From a virus (lineage: Duplodnaviria; Caudoviricetes), in the IMG/VR virus record IMGVR_UViG_3300033802_000250: a stretch of DNA of 64,000 nt, one strand, 5' to 3'. Below, one piece after another: positions 38,370-48,776 of this stretch; positions within the stretch are counted from its first letter, which is position 1; each line of letters starts with the position of its first letter. A program made the translations under genes and the position numbers. Below the pieces are notes generated by a model that was given only the letters and a program-made list of their open reading frames with translations, searched no databases and was not told the origin of the DNA.

Positions 38370-40142
38370 ATGAACGAACGCTATGTACGTTTTGATCGTC
38401 GGCAGGATAACGCGAACCAGATTATTTCTGCCGACGACGTAAACGCCCTTCAGCGAGTCTCGGAGGCATCCCAAAAGGAATTATTCAAGGGACAAGACCG
38501 AGACTTTCTTGACAGAGCGCTGTTTGTGCTAGAGCATCATCGCACCCTGAACGGTTTGTGGGTCGATTTGTTCGAGAATACAACCAAGATTGACTTGGCG
38601 AAAACGAGCGGCCTCGTCTTTTCCGAAGCAGAACAGGCAATTGTTTTCCCGGACGGAAGCACCGATGCGGATGGCTATCTCTATTCTGAGACGTATGTCA
38701 ATCCGAACTCCAGCCTGATGAAGAAGGTTATGGTGATCGCCGATTACGATGTGCCGGAAGGCACCGATATCATCATCTCCGTCAGCAACAACGGCGTGGA
38801 CTTCTTCGAGCCTCCGCTCGGCAACAGCGAGCCGTTCGAGATTCCGACGGACGGCCAAAAGCTGAAATTGAGAGCCCGATTTACACGAACGGTGTTTGAC
38901 AAAACACCCCGTCTCAACTCGTGGGCGGTGCTTTTTCGCGACCCGGAGCTTGAAGTAATCAAAATGCCGGACGGCACCCGAATCATCATCGGAGATCCGA
39001 ATAACCAAGATCCGAACGATCAGCCGCTCAGCATCAAGCACTCGCAGTTGCTCGAAATCGGCCCGGACGATCACCACCCGCAAGAACACAGCCACGATGG
39101 CACGGACGGTTCCGGGCTTGTCAGCCACAAACACCTCTTGGATATCGGCGAAGACGACCACCACCCGAAAGATCACCAACACGGTCAGGACGGCGTAAGT
39201 CCGGTCAACTTGGATACGGATGTTATCGGCACGCTGTCAGCCGAACACCTGTCGCATCAAGTTTGGCTCGGACGACCCGGCACCACCGGGTTGTACTTTG
39301 ATCCGAAGATTGGCGACCGGCTTGTGTATGTCAAGACGCCGGACGATGAGACATACCTGTTCTATGACTTTAGCAATGATGGTCGTCTGGATCACACCAT
39401 CACGATCATGCGCGGCGTCGCTTCATGGGAAACGCTCGTCTACGGGCCGTACACAAACGCGCAAGGCCAGACCGAGATCAAGTTCCTCGGCACCGAGAAG
39501 GAAATGTTCGACGCAACCGACCAGATGATTCTCGACGAGATCGCCAAAATCACGGCTCCTGCTCCGCCGGAAGGCGTCAACGTTTTGGATACCGGTGCAG
39601 GCGGTACATTGGTTGTGTCGTGGCTCAAGAACAAAGAGTTCGACGTGGTGGGTTACAACGTCTACATTTCTGTCAACGGCGGTATGACATGGACGCGGCA
39701 CAACAACACGGGATACATCAGCGACCTGACCTATACGGTGACGGGGCTGGTCGATGGCAATACATACTACTTCAAGGTAACGGCGGTGGACAATACCGGA
39801 TACGAGTCGCTGGATTCGGCGGTGGTATTCGGCGTGCCGACGTTAATCGACACCATTGCTCCCGATGCTCCGACGGGTCTGAATGCGGTTGGCGGCGGCG
39901 GATCCATCATGCTGTCGTGGGCGGCAAACACCGAGCCCGACTTGGCAAAGTACAATGTCTATCGTTCGCCGTCCGGCTTGACGGGGTCGTTCCTGAAGAT
40001 CGCCACGCTCGACGCATCGACAACCACCTATACGGACTCCGGCGGCATCGCAACGGGCTCCGTGTACTACTATTACGTAACGGCGGTAGACACCAACGGC
40101 AACGAAAGCGTGCCGTCCGGTGCGGTCAATGCGATAGCATAG
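38370..40142 (+). CDS. Virion protein: uninterrupted chassis domain, His-rich repeats, 2x Fn3
   Basis: WVDLFENTTKID...TPRLNSWAVLF; two DDHHP repeats; YYFKVTAVDNTGYES and YYYVTAVDTNGNES. Confidence 0.75.
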   Translation: MNERYVRFDRRQDNANQIISADDVNALQRVSEASQKELFKGQDRDFLDRALFVLEHHRTLNGLWVDLFENTTKIDLAKTSGLVFSEAEQAIVFPDGSTDADGYLYSETYVNPNSSLMKKVMVIADYDVPEGTDIIISVSNNGVDFFEPPLGNSEPFEIPTDGQKLKLRARFTRTVFDKTPRLNSWAVLFRDPELEVIKMPDGTRIIIGDPNNQDPNDQPLSIKHSQLLEIGPDDHHPQEHSHDGTDGSGLVSHKHLLDIGEDDHHPKDHQHGQDGVSPVNLDTDVIGTLSAEHLSHQVWLGRPGTTGLYFDPKIGDRLVYVKTPDDETYLFYDFSNDGRLDHTITIMRGVASWETLVYGPYTNAQGQTEIKFLGTEKEMFDATDQMILDEIAKITAPAPPEGVNVLDTGAGGTLVVSWLKNKEFDVVGYNVYISVNGGMTWTRHNNTGYISDLTYTVTGLVDGNTYYFKVTAVDNTGYESLDSAVVFGVPTLIDTIAPDAPTGLNAVGGGGSIMLSWAANTEPDLAKYNVYRSPSGLTGSFLKIATLDASTTTYTDSGGIATGSVYYYYVTAVDTNGNESVPSGAVNAIA

Positions 40143-40154
40143 GAGGTGTGAAGG

Positions 40155-43100
40155 ATGTCGCAAATTACGCAAAACGCAGACGGCACGTACACAAAGTCGT
40201 ACAGTGACGCCGAAATCGCGCTGATCAAGCAACTGCATACGGAAATGTTGAACCGCCAAGATGCGGACAATCAACTGTTCCTGAAGATCACCAGTTTGGA
40301 GAACCGGGTTGACGTACTGGAAGGTGAGCGGTTCAGTTTGTCTGATCTGCAAAACGCCATCAACGCCAACACGATGAAGATCGAGGCGAATGAGAGGCGG
40401 ATCAAACAGCTTGAGGACGCCGTCATCGTCGATGCGTACAGCAAGACGCAGATGGATGCCTACATGATTCCGTGGAAGGTCGAGGAGATCAATCGCGTAT
40501 TCGATACGCCGACAAACGAGATGTTCGATGAAGCCAATCTGACGGACATCAAGGTCGGCTACAAGCATTTCCTGAACGCTGACATCAATGAGCCCTACGG
40601 CTTCCATGTGTTGCCGAATACGATGCGCCGCTATACGATTATCGCCTACACGCCGACGCCGACCCGGGTGACGTTCGGTATCTTCTATGCCGACCGTTGC
40701 GTGGTGTACCTGAACGGCGTCGAAAAGGCGACGTATCAGGAAGATGGCGGCAACTTCGGCAAGACGCAGAAGGTTCTGCAACTGGACTTGCAGACCGGCT
40801 GGAATACAATCCAGTTCCTTCTGGCGAACCAAACGCAAGAGGGCGGCCTTGTTGTCAATTCTGACTTGGTCAGCAAAGTCTCCGTCCTGTCTTCCGTGGC
40901 ACCGATGGCTGGCCGATTTACGGGCGACCAGATTCAGGCGGGCACGCTGGATGAGCGTCATTTCAGCGAGAACATGGACATTACGTTGAAGAAGATCCAT
41001 GCGACCACGACCAGTGAACCTGCCGGTGTATTCGGCGACCCGGATCGCATGGGGGCTATTCAGATCGGCGACGGCGTGATTTCCAAGTCTAAAGACGAAC
41101 CGTTTGTCGTCGGTGGCGATCTGAAGGTTGACGGGTACATCCGGGATAAGGACGGCAACATTCTGGACGGCGGCGGAGGCCGGGGGCTCACCACCGCCGA
41201 CCGGGAGAAACTGGATTCCATCGAGTGGGGCGCAGAGGTCAACCAGAATGCATTCAGCTACGTGAAACTGGTCGATCTCCCGGCAACGGAAGAAAATCCG
41301 TTCCAGAACGTGATTAACGCCATCTTCAAGATGGATACGCTCCGTATTCGCGGCGATCTTGGCATCACCTTCGATATCGAGACTGTCATTGAAAACGGCG
41401 AGGAGCGCCAGCAGATGGTTATCAAGAACTCGCCGACCGAGTTCAAGGAGCATCTGTTCATCTCCGAAGCCGACCAAGACACGTTCTCTATTGATCCGTC
41501 CGAAGGCAAATTCCAGTTGGGCCGGGGCACCGTTCAAGTCTACATCGAAGGTATTCGCCAATCTTACGCGAACTTCTACGAAGTGGATGAATGGACGATT
41601 CGCTTGCGGGAGAAGGTGCCGGAAGGACTCAAGGTACTGGTCGTATGGCAAGAAGGAAGTCCACAGTTTGCCAAGGAAACCATCGTGTCGTTGGCGAATA
41701 TCCCGATTGCGTCCCGGACGCAGGACGGCCTGATGAGCCGATTCCATGTGGAAGACCTGTATGACCACAAACACAGCATCAGCGACCTGACCGACTTGAA
41801 GGTCTTTAAGGGGATCGAGATCGACGACGGTGAAACAAAGCACCGGATCGACGCGGACGGCCTGAACGATATCCGGCTTCGCGCCGGGGTTAATATCAAG
41901 CTGGAGCGGCTGAACGATGTCGTACGCATCTCCAGCCTCGGCCCGGAAATTACCGCCGGGCGCGGCATTCATGTCGGCGGCTCGCCGGAAACCGGATATC
42001 AAATCACCAACACGCAACGCCTCGAAGCAACCCGGGGGCTTGTGCTGGAGCATATCGAAGGCATCGACGTGCTGAAAGGCCCGGTCTTTGTCGAGGGTAA
42101 AGGCATCGACGTTCAGGTTATCGACGATGTTACTTATAAGATCCTGAACAATATGAGCCTGACCAGCCTCGGCGGCATTGAGGTGACGGGTAATGCCGAA
42201 GAAGGGTACATCATCAAGAACTCGATGCTCATCGAAGACGATCCCGAAGGCGGCATTGAAGTGTCCGGCGACCCGGTACGCGGCTACAGGATCACCAACC
42301 GGATGAACCTGACGGCTGATGGCATCATTGTCGAAGGCGATGCTCGTAAAGGATACCACCTGAAAAATGCGCTGGACATCCAAACCAACGGCGGTCTGCG
42401 TGTCATTGGCGATCCGGCATATGGTATCACCATCGAAAACATCATGAAGCTGATCGAGGCGGGTGGTATCGAGATCACCGGGAATCCGTCCGATGGATAC
42501 CGGATCAAAAACGCACTCAGCCTGCAAGCATCCGCCGATGGTTGCGTGGTTGTGACCGGATCTGCGGCGACCGGATATACGCTGACCGGGCGCTGGCCGT
42601 CGATTACGTCCGGCACCGGTATTGCGGTGGACAGCATGGGCGACGGTAAATACCTCGTCAAGAATACCGGGGTCACGTCGTACAACGGCCAGACTGGAGA
42701 GGTTACAGGCGTCGGCTCGCTAAACAAAGTCGCCGAAGGACGCGGCACCCGCGTCGTGCATCACGGTAACGGTGACTATGTCGTACACAACACCGGCGTC
42801 GTCGAACTGATTGACGATGGGATTGGCGGCGGCATTGATGTCCAAGACATGGGCAATCAGGTCTGGAAGATCAAAAACACCGGTATCATCAAGAACATCC
42901 AAGGCGAAGGAATTTCGGTCGTCACCAACAGCCAAGGTGAATCGACGATCTCGAACACCGGGGTTCGCAAAATCTTCTCCGGCCCGGGAATTTTCCTCAG
43001 CGGAAGCACCGGCGAAGTCACCATCACGAACACGGGCGTCCACCGGGTTATGCAAGGGCGCGGCATCATCGTTACGCAATCCGGCAATGATGTGACCATC

Positions 43101-43673
43101 CACAACAACGGCATCGTGGCGCTGGTTGAAGGTGAAGGGATTGACATCAACACCAACGCTGAAGGCACCGCAACGGTACGCAACACCGGTGTACTTTCGT
43201 GGAACGGCCAGACCGGAAATATCAACTACACGCCGCCGGAACCGCCGAAAGCACAGCGCGGTGTGGTAACAACCATTGAGTTCTTTGGCACTGGCGAACG
43301 ATACGGTTCATGGATTCGGGCTCAAAGCCTGTCAACATGCTTCTATTGTTGGGCCGTCAAAGAGCCATCAATGAAATGGTTCAATATATTGGTTGAATGT
43401 GGTGTCGATAATCCCGGGAGCCAATTCGAGGCTGTTCTCTATACTGGCGATTCTGAAAATATCTTGGATAGATGGACAGTACGTACGGTGCGTGCGGGTA
43501 TGGTAGGCGAAGAAGTGCTTCTGCGATGCCGCATTGACCATATCCCCGATTGGTATCTGACTGGTGTACACGTCGGAATGAGAAATCATGAAGGTGGCGG
43601 ATACGGCTACATGCGGATTGATCGTGCGTGGGTATCCATCGACATCGGACAACACTCCGACTACCAAATCTGA
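40155..43673 (+). CDS. Long tail fibre with ~25-aa beta repeats and a C-terminal head domain
   Basis: KLDSIEWGAEVNQNAFS fibre motif, about 17 GxGIxV...YxIxN repeats, VxSxNGQTG motifs and a Pro hinge TPPEPPK. Confidence 0.8.
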   Translation: MSQITQNADGTYTKSYSDAEIALIKQLHTEMLNRQDADNQLFLKITSLENRVDVLEGERFSLSDLQNAINANTMKIEANERRIKQLEDAVIVDAYSKTQMDAYMIPWKVEEINRVFDTPTNEMFDEANLTDIKVGYKHFLNADINEPYGFHVLPNTMRRYTIIAYTPTPTRVTFGIFYADRCVVYLNGVEKATYQEDGGNFGKTQKVLQLDLQTGWNTIQFLLANQTQEGGLVVNSDLVSKVSVLSSVAPMAGRFTGDQIQAGTLDERHFSENMDITLKKIHATTTSEPAGVFGDPDRMGAIQIGDGVISKSKDEPFVVGGDLKVDGYIRDKDGNILDGGGGRGLTTADREKLDSIEWGAEVNQNAFSYVKLVDLPATEENPFQNVINAIFKMDTLRIRGDLGITFDIETVIENGEERQQMVIKNSPTEFKEHLFISEADQDTFSIDPSEGKFQLGRGTVQVYIEGIRQSYANFYEVDEWTIRLREKVPEGLKVLVVWQEGSPQFAKETIVSLANIPIASRTQDGLMSRFHVEDLYDHKHSISDLTDLKVFKGIEIDDGETKHRIDADGLNDIRLRAGVNIKLERLNDVVRISSLGPEITAGRGIHVGGSPETGYQITNTQRLEATRGLVLEHIEGIDVLKGPVFVEGKGIDVQVIDDVTYKILNNMSLTSLGGIEVTGNAEEGYIIKNSMLIEDDPEGGIEVSGDPVRGYRITNRMNLTADGIIVEGDARKGYHLKNALDIQTNGGLRVIGDPAYGITIENIMKLIEAGGIEITGNPSDGYRIKNALSLQASADGCVVVTGSAATGYTLTGRWPSITSGTGIAVDSMGDGKYLVKNTGVTSYNGQTGEVTGVGSLNKVAEGRGTRVVHHGNGDYVVHNTGVVELIDDGIGGGIDVQDMGNQVWKIKNTGIIKNIQGEGISVVTNSQGESTISNTGVRKIFSGPGIFLSGSTGEVTITNTGVHRVMQGRGIIVTQSGNDVTIHNNGIVALVEGEGIDINTNAEGTATVRNTGVLSWNGQTGNINYTPPEPPKAQRGVVTTIEFFGTGERYGSWIRAQSLSTCFYCWAVKEPSMKWFNILVECGVDNPGSQFEAVLYTGDSENILDRWTVRTVRAGMVGEEVLLRCRIDHIPDWYLTGVHVGMRNHEGGGYGYMRIDRAWVSIDIGQHSDYQI
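41870..43230 (+). repeat. Tandem ~25-aa beta-spiral-like fibre shaft repeats
   Basis: For example GGIEVTGNAEEGYIIKN, GGIEVSGDPVRGYRITN, GGIEITGNPSDGYRIKN, GEGISVVTNSQGESTISNTG. Confidence 0.85.
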
Positions 43674-43685
43674 GGAGGGCTGTAG

Positions 43686-44165
43686 ATGAAGAAAATCCTG
43701 CTCGCCCTGCAAGGCAAACGAGTCGTTGCCATTAAGACCGTGGAGTCGGAAGACGGCAATTTTGATTGGGTGGAATCCGTGTACCCGGACACGGATTCCC
43801 GTACATACAAATTGATCGACTTCGACGAGGAGCGACTTGCGCTGGCGAAGACTCCATTCAGCTACTACGACGAACGAAACAAGGAAGTCAAGTTGATGAA
43901 AAAGGTCAAAGCCAGTGTGGACAAGACCTCCATCGAAAACGACGGCGTGGACTACGCAACGTACACGCTGAAAACGAATGAGCCGATGGAGATTATCGTC
44001 CAACAAGAAATCGGCGGCAACAAAGAGAGCATCACGCTTTCGCAAGTCCCGGACGGCGACGGATATATCAGGCTGGAGATCGACTCCAATGCCCTCGGTA
44101 CAATCCGCATTTCAGCCGTCGGCGATACCAAATACGCCGAGACGCTGGAAATCAGCGTGGTATAG
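43686..44165 (+). CDS. Hypothetical protein (fibre tip accessory/chaperone, Ig-like C-terminus)
   Basis: RBS gaggagg; directly after the fibre gene; VDKTSIENDGVDYATYT. Confidence 0.65.
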   Translation: MKKILLALQGKRVVAIKTVESEDGNFDWVESVYPDTDSRTYKLIDFDEERLALAKTPFSYYDERNKEVKLMKKVKASVDKTSIENDGVDYATYTLKTNEPMEIIVQQEIGGNKESITLSQVPDGDGYIRLEIDSNALGTIRISAVGDTKYAETLEISVV

Positions 44166-44176
44166 GAGGGGTTTCC

Positions 44177-44344
44177 ATGCAACTCACATTCGATCAGGCA
44201 CGAAATCGGGTCAGCATCCGGCTGGAGGATCAGGATCTTCCACACGTCGCGGTGGAGGAACTGAAAAAGGAGCGGGCCAAACGCGAGCGACTGGAGTCGC
44301 AAATGGCTCTTGTCCTCGAAAAGCTCGGGATGAGGGAGGCGTAA
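44177..44344 (+). CDS. Small hypothetical protein (55 aa; not in the supplied ORF track)
   Basis: RBS aggagg; MQLTFDQARNRVSIRLEDQ...KLGMREA; fills the gap exactly. Confidence 0.7.
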   Translation: MQLTFDQARNRVSIRLEDQDLPHVAVEELKKERAKRERLESQMALVLEKLGMREA

Positions 44345-44347
44345 TCT

Positions 44348-44746
44348 ATGAGCGAAGTTCAGAGAACATCGTATCCCATGCTGGTCGGTGTCGTGGATGA
44401 GGCTGAAGTCAGACGCCTTGGAAACCTCATCAACGACCTCCGTACTGAAATTGAAGCGATTCGCGCCGACGTGGTTCCGATTGCGGTAGCCAATCTCATC
44501 AGCAACCCTCAGTTCTTCGAGCTTAAAGAGAACCTGAGACTGTTTGCTGAAAGATATGGTATATTGGTAAAAGATATGGATCTCAACGTGAATCCTATCT
44601 TTTCCGCCCTCGAAACTCGCATGGATCAAGCCGAAACGCAAATCATCGACGCGCTGACCCGTATCCAAGTGCTGACGGATCAACAGAATGGGTTCCATCA
44701 GCGTTTGCGTGCCATCGAGCAACAGTTGGGCATACCAACTCCGTGA
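44348..44746 (+). CDS. Coiled-coil hypothetical protein
   Basis: RBS ggagg; heptad C-terminus. Confidence 0.7.
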   Translation: MSEVQRTSYPMLVGVVDEAEVRRLGNLINDLRTEIEAIRADVVPIAVANLISNPQFFELKENLRLFAERYGILVKDMDLNVNPIFSALETRMDQAETQIIDALTRIQVLTDQQNGFHQRLRAIEQQLGIPTP

Positions 44747-44757
44747 GGTGAATAGGC

Positions 44758-46998
44758 GTGAAGACTTTGCAACAATCTACGGCGAGCCTCGACGAGACTC
44801 GCCGTAACGTGCTATATAACCTGTTGAAAGACCGGTACAGCGACCGGGATGACATCACCGAGGAGTTCATCCAGCAAGAGATGAACTTCTATTTGGAGCA
44901 GATGCAAAATGGCACCCCGATCCTCCAGCCAAGAAAACAAGAGGGGCTCACTGACGCCAATAAAATCAATGAGGAGATGCAAGAGGCCGAGATCGACATC
45001 TATACGGTTTTCAGCCAACTGAACCATGTCAGTCAGCGTATCGAACAGCACCAAAAGCTGAATGAGTCGATTCTGAACGACATCAAGCTGAAAATCCGCA
45101 AGGCCGACGAAAAACTGGTCGCCTACAATCAAGTGTTGACCGATCTCGCGGCGCACGCCGTCGTGTACGAAACTTTCCTCGATTACAACAGTCTGGAGAA
45201 GGATCAGAAGTTCTACACGGATCGTGACGGCACACCGGTTGCGCCCGGCTATCAATTGAAGCTCGACGTGTACAAAAATGCGCTCAAGCTTCCGGTCGCC
45301 TACAGCGAAAATACACTGGTTAATTTCTCGGGTCTCAAGATCGCCAACATTCGGATCACGAAACAGCTTGGCGGCGGATTTATTCGCACGCGAAACCCGG
45401 AGCATACCGTAGACAAAGCCATCGACACGTCAATGGAGACGTTCTGGAACGAATGCATTCTGACGGACGCGCCGCTGGAAGTTGATCTCGGGCTGGAATA
45501 CTACGGTGTTAATTTCGGGGCCGTTTGCGAACTTGAGATCGTCTTCGATTACATCACGCGGCTGAACGAAATCACGCTGACGCCATTTACGGAATATCCG
45601 ATTGAGGTCGTTGCTATTTGGGGATACTCCTCGGATAACGAAAGTGAACCGCCGTTCGAGATCGTGAGTCCGGTCGCTAAACTGAAGAATCAGGAGTCTA
45701 CCGACATCATTTCTTACCAATTCCAAGACATCACCTGCAAACGGCTGAAGATCATCCTCAACCAGAAGCACTATGTCAAACGTGACATTGTCATAGAGTT
45801 GGAGGAAAAGACGCTGACGGATGCATGGCTGAAGGCACAAGGCCATGTGGAGATCGACGACAACAAGATCTTCAAGGCGGTCTACAAAGATCAGTTCGAG
45901 CAAAACCCAAACTGGTTTTACCTCAACGAGTTCCTGAAGAAGCGAAACATCATCGACGAGGTGCAGAAGTTCACCACGAGTCGGGAGCCGGAGAAAATAC
46001 AGGTCTCCAAATACGAGTATCAATACGGCCTGTACAACCTCGCCGTCAACCGCAACGAATATCAGCACATGGGAATATACGTCACGAAACCGATGACGCA
46101 CAACAACATTCATGTGGTGACACTGGAGGCAGAGGAGGAGCATCCGACACTAATGGAAATCGGCCTGCCGGTGACAAACATCGAATACTACATCACTGAC
46201 AGCGAGACCCCCGGGCCGGACGACTGGATTCCGATCATGCCAAAGAACATCAAGGAGATTACGTCGGAGCGGCTGTTCTTCAAATTTGAGGATGGTAAGT
46301 ACAAGGCTTACACCCGATTCGATGTGGACAAAATCATCGCTGTGCGTCGCAACGGCAACCGGTTGCTTCCGTCTATTGACTACGAAACGACAGGCCGAAC
46401 GATTATCCTGCACAACTACGATCTGTCGTCGGTTTATACGTTGGACTACAAGCCGGAGGCAAATGCTTATGCCGTTGACTTTCTTCAGCGATACACGGAC
46501 ATCAATGGCGTTATCCACACGAAAACGCAGATTGACCAGTTCACCGGGCTCCAGAAGGGCAACGAGGTGGAGCTTACGTACTATCCGTTTGTGGACAAGG
46601 AGCGTCTGAATCGCCAGCCGCTCGATTGGAATCCGACGTATCTGTCCAACGAGTACATGCCTATCAAGGTGTGGCTCATTCTGCCGGACGGCCAGCACAT
46701 CACTCAGCCCGCTGACAAATATGACGACGTAGCCATCCTTGTCAACAAAACGGATTACTTCAATCCGAACGTCAGCCTGCTGGAGCCGTTCACGGGTGAA
46801 AACTATCAATACCGCGTGGTCAACAACAAGATCAAGTTCAACACATCGTTGCCGGAGGGCACCCGGGTTGTGGTCGAATATCCATACCTGACAGGGCCGA
46901 TTCGGATGAAGACGATCATGCGGCGCAATCTGCATGAAATGGACGGGCTGACGCCTTTCTTGCACGAGTATAAAGTCGTGTTCCAATCTTTGCTGTAG
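44758..46998 (+). CDS. Virion structural protein, paralogue family with shared N-terminal helix motif
   Basis: GTG start; coiled coil, split chassis domain and discoidin-like insert (KAIDTSMETFW). Confidence 0.7.
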   Translation: MKTLQQSTASLDETRRNVLYNLLKDRYSDRDDITEEFIQQEMNFYLEQMQNGTPILQPRKQEGLTDANKINEEMQEAEIDIYTVFSQLNHVSQRIEQHQKLNESILNDIKLKIRKADEKLVAYNQVLTDLAAHAVVYETFLDYNSLEKDQKFYTDRDGTPVAPGYQLKLDVYKNALKLPVAYSENTLVNFSGLKIANIRITKQLGGGFIRTRNPEHTVDKAIDTSMETFWNECILTDAPLEVDLGLEYYGVNFGAVCELEIVFDYITRLNEITLTPFTEYPIEVVAIWGYSSDNESEPPFEIVSPVAKLKNQESTDIISYQFQDITCKRLKIILNQKHYVKRDIVIELEEKTLTDAWLKAQGHVEIDDNKIFKAVYKDQFEQNPNWFYLNEFLKKRNIIDEVQKFTTSREPEKIQVSKYEYQYGLYNLAVNRNEYQHMGIYVTKPMTHNNIHVVTLEAEEEHPTLMEIGLPVTNIEYYITDSETPGPDDWIPIMPKNIKEITSERLFFKFEDGKYKAYTRFDVDKIIAVRRNGNRLLPSIDYETTGRTIILHNYDLSSVYTLDYKPEANAYAVDFLQRYTDINGVIHTKTQIDQFTGLQKGNEVELTYYPFVDKERLNRQPLDWNPTYLSNEYMPIKVWLILPDGQHITQPADKYDDVAILVNKTDYFNPNVSLLEPFTGENYQYRVVNNKIKFNTSLPEGTRVVVEYPYLTGPIRMKTIMRRNLHEMDGLTPFLHEYKVVFQSLL

Positions 46999-47009
46999 GG
47001 GGGAGCAAT

Positions 47010-48776
47010 ATGGCGAATCCGTTGCAGATCAAAACCCGTATCGAGGTCGTCAAAGAGCGGATGGCGTCCATTCTGCGCAAACTGGCGACGGAATACAACA
47101 GTGGCGTCATCAAGTCGCCAGCCGAATTACACCATCGGGTTTATCGGGAACTGGAGGCTTTCTACAACTCCATCGGCAAGAACACATTCAAGCCGATCAA
47201 GGCGTGGGGGCCGCCGTATTCCGACGACCACAACACGATGGTTCGCCAGTTGCGTGACGACTTCCTGACGCTATATCAAGAAGTCATTTACATGACCGAA
47301 GATCTGAAAAAGAACTTTGAGCAGGTAGAACTGGAGCGGCAATCGTTCCTTGATCGGCTGGCGAGGGTCGAAAGCCTTGTGAAAAGCATCGACCTGAACA
47401 TTCGCGAAGCGGATTATACGGTGGTTTTCCGGGATAACTTCGTGGACTATGAGCATTACCGAAAGAATGCAACGGAGCTTACGGCGGCCAACCTGTCTGC
47501 CGATGAGGGTCTCTTGACGCTGGCGCTGGTAGACAGCGAGCGATTCAACGAATACGCGACGATCACGATCATCGAAGGCAACGGATTCCCGGGAAACACG
47601 CACATTGTTCGTTCGGTCGGCGGCACCCTGAAGTTCGAGGGCCAAGAATCCTTACACATCAATCTTGCGGACATCCTCGATGGCAATTCGGACACATGGT
47701 TCGAGTATGAGTTGTTTGAACTTACCGACAGCACGCGGCGGATTACGCAAGGGATGGATTTTGAATACAAGGAGGCTATCGAATGGATCACGTCGGAGCA
47801 TGACGGGTTGCGATGCGTGTTCCAGATTGACCTGCCGAAACCGAAGACTATCAACTGGCTGTCACTGTCGCCGTTCATTCCGTCCGACAAGGGCTCATCG
47901 CCCGCTGTGATTGAGAAAATCATGGTGACGGACGACAAAGGCAATGTCAGCAGTATGGGCTTTGGCGAATCGTTTGACGGAGCCAAAGGCTATCTGTTTC
48001 CGCGCCAAAAGTGCCGGACGATCACCATTTATCTGCGTCAACCGGTCGCTTACGAGACGACCGTTGGTCACTTCTACTTCAAGCAGGTCAACAAGAGCGA
48101 TGTGACCGCGCTCAACCAACGCATCGAACCGGACGGTATTCGCATTCACGGGCCGGTGCCGTCGGTGAAAAACCTCGGCGTCACCTACGATACCGGGAAA
48201 CAACAAATCTTGTATCCGGTCGCGGCGTATGGTGATAAAATAAAAGATGAGGACGAGAAGAAGCGCAACCTGTTCGATATTCCTGCGACGCCAAGCAATG
48301 TACAGGCCGGATTGGAGCAGGTATCCGCTTATCGGTATGTGATCGGGCTAAGGGATGTGTCGCTCGCCAGCTACATGTTTGAGCCAGAGAGTGAATACGT
48401 ATCGGAGCCGTTCTATTCATCAACGCCCATCAAGGCTATCGAGCTTGATGTTGATGTAGATATTCCGGCGCAATTCCCGCAAGATCAGGATTGGCTGGAG
48501 TATTATATTTCCGTGGATGACGGCCAAAACTGGCATCGTATTTACCCGCGCAACGTGTACAAAGCGCAGGCGAAAACGAAGTACCTGTTCAATTCCGGGA
48601 TGCAAAAAAGCGGACGGATTGATGAGATCGGCTACATCGAATCGCTGACCGAGATTCATCAGGTACAACTCAAGATCATCCTGAAGCGGCCCGAAGACAT
48701 CAAAGATGCCGAGTATTACACGCCAATCGTTTACGGTTACGAGCTTCATGCTCTGACCGCAGAGGAGTTGATCTGA
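47010..48776 (+). CDS. Virion structural protein, same family
   Basis: GPPYSDDHNTM...DDF; ILDGNSDTWF; YYISVDDGQNW; TPIVYGYEL. Confidence 0.7.
   Translation: MANPLQIKTRIEVVKERMASILRKLATEYNSGVIKSPAELHHRVYRELEAFYNSIGKNTFKPIKAWGPPYSDDHNTMVRQLRDDFLTLYQEVIYMTEDLKKNFEQVELERQSFLDRLARVESLVKSIDLNIREADYTVVFRDNFVDYEHYRKNATELTAANLSADEGLLTLALVDSERFNEYATITIIEGNGFPGNTHIVRSVGGTLKFEGQESLHINLADILDGNSDTWFEYELFELTDSTRRITQGMDFEYKEAIEWITSEHDGLRCVFQIDLPKPKTINWLSLSPFIPSDKGSSPAVIEKIMVTDDKGNVSSMGFGESFDGAKGYLFPRQKCRTITIYLRQPVAYETTVGHFYFKQVNKSDVTALNQRIEPDGIRIHGPVPSVKNLGVTYDTGKQQILYPVAAYGDKIKDEDEKKRNLFDIPATPSNVQAGLEQVSAYRYVIGLRDVSLASYMFEPESEYVSEPFYSSTPIKAIELDVDVDIPAQFPQDQDWLEYYISVDDGQNWHRIYPRNVYKAQAKTKYLFNSGMQKSGRIDEIGYIESLTEIHQVQLKIILKRPEDIKDAEYYTPIVYGYELHALTAEELI

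Noticed and set aside
39843-42527. 894-aa minus-strand ORF (also 27837-29774, 6335-7960, 13175-14545 and others)
   Set aside because: Antisense shadows of well-supported + strand genes; no RBS or recognisable motifs, and expected from codon usage poor in TTA/CTA/TCA.
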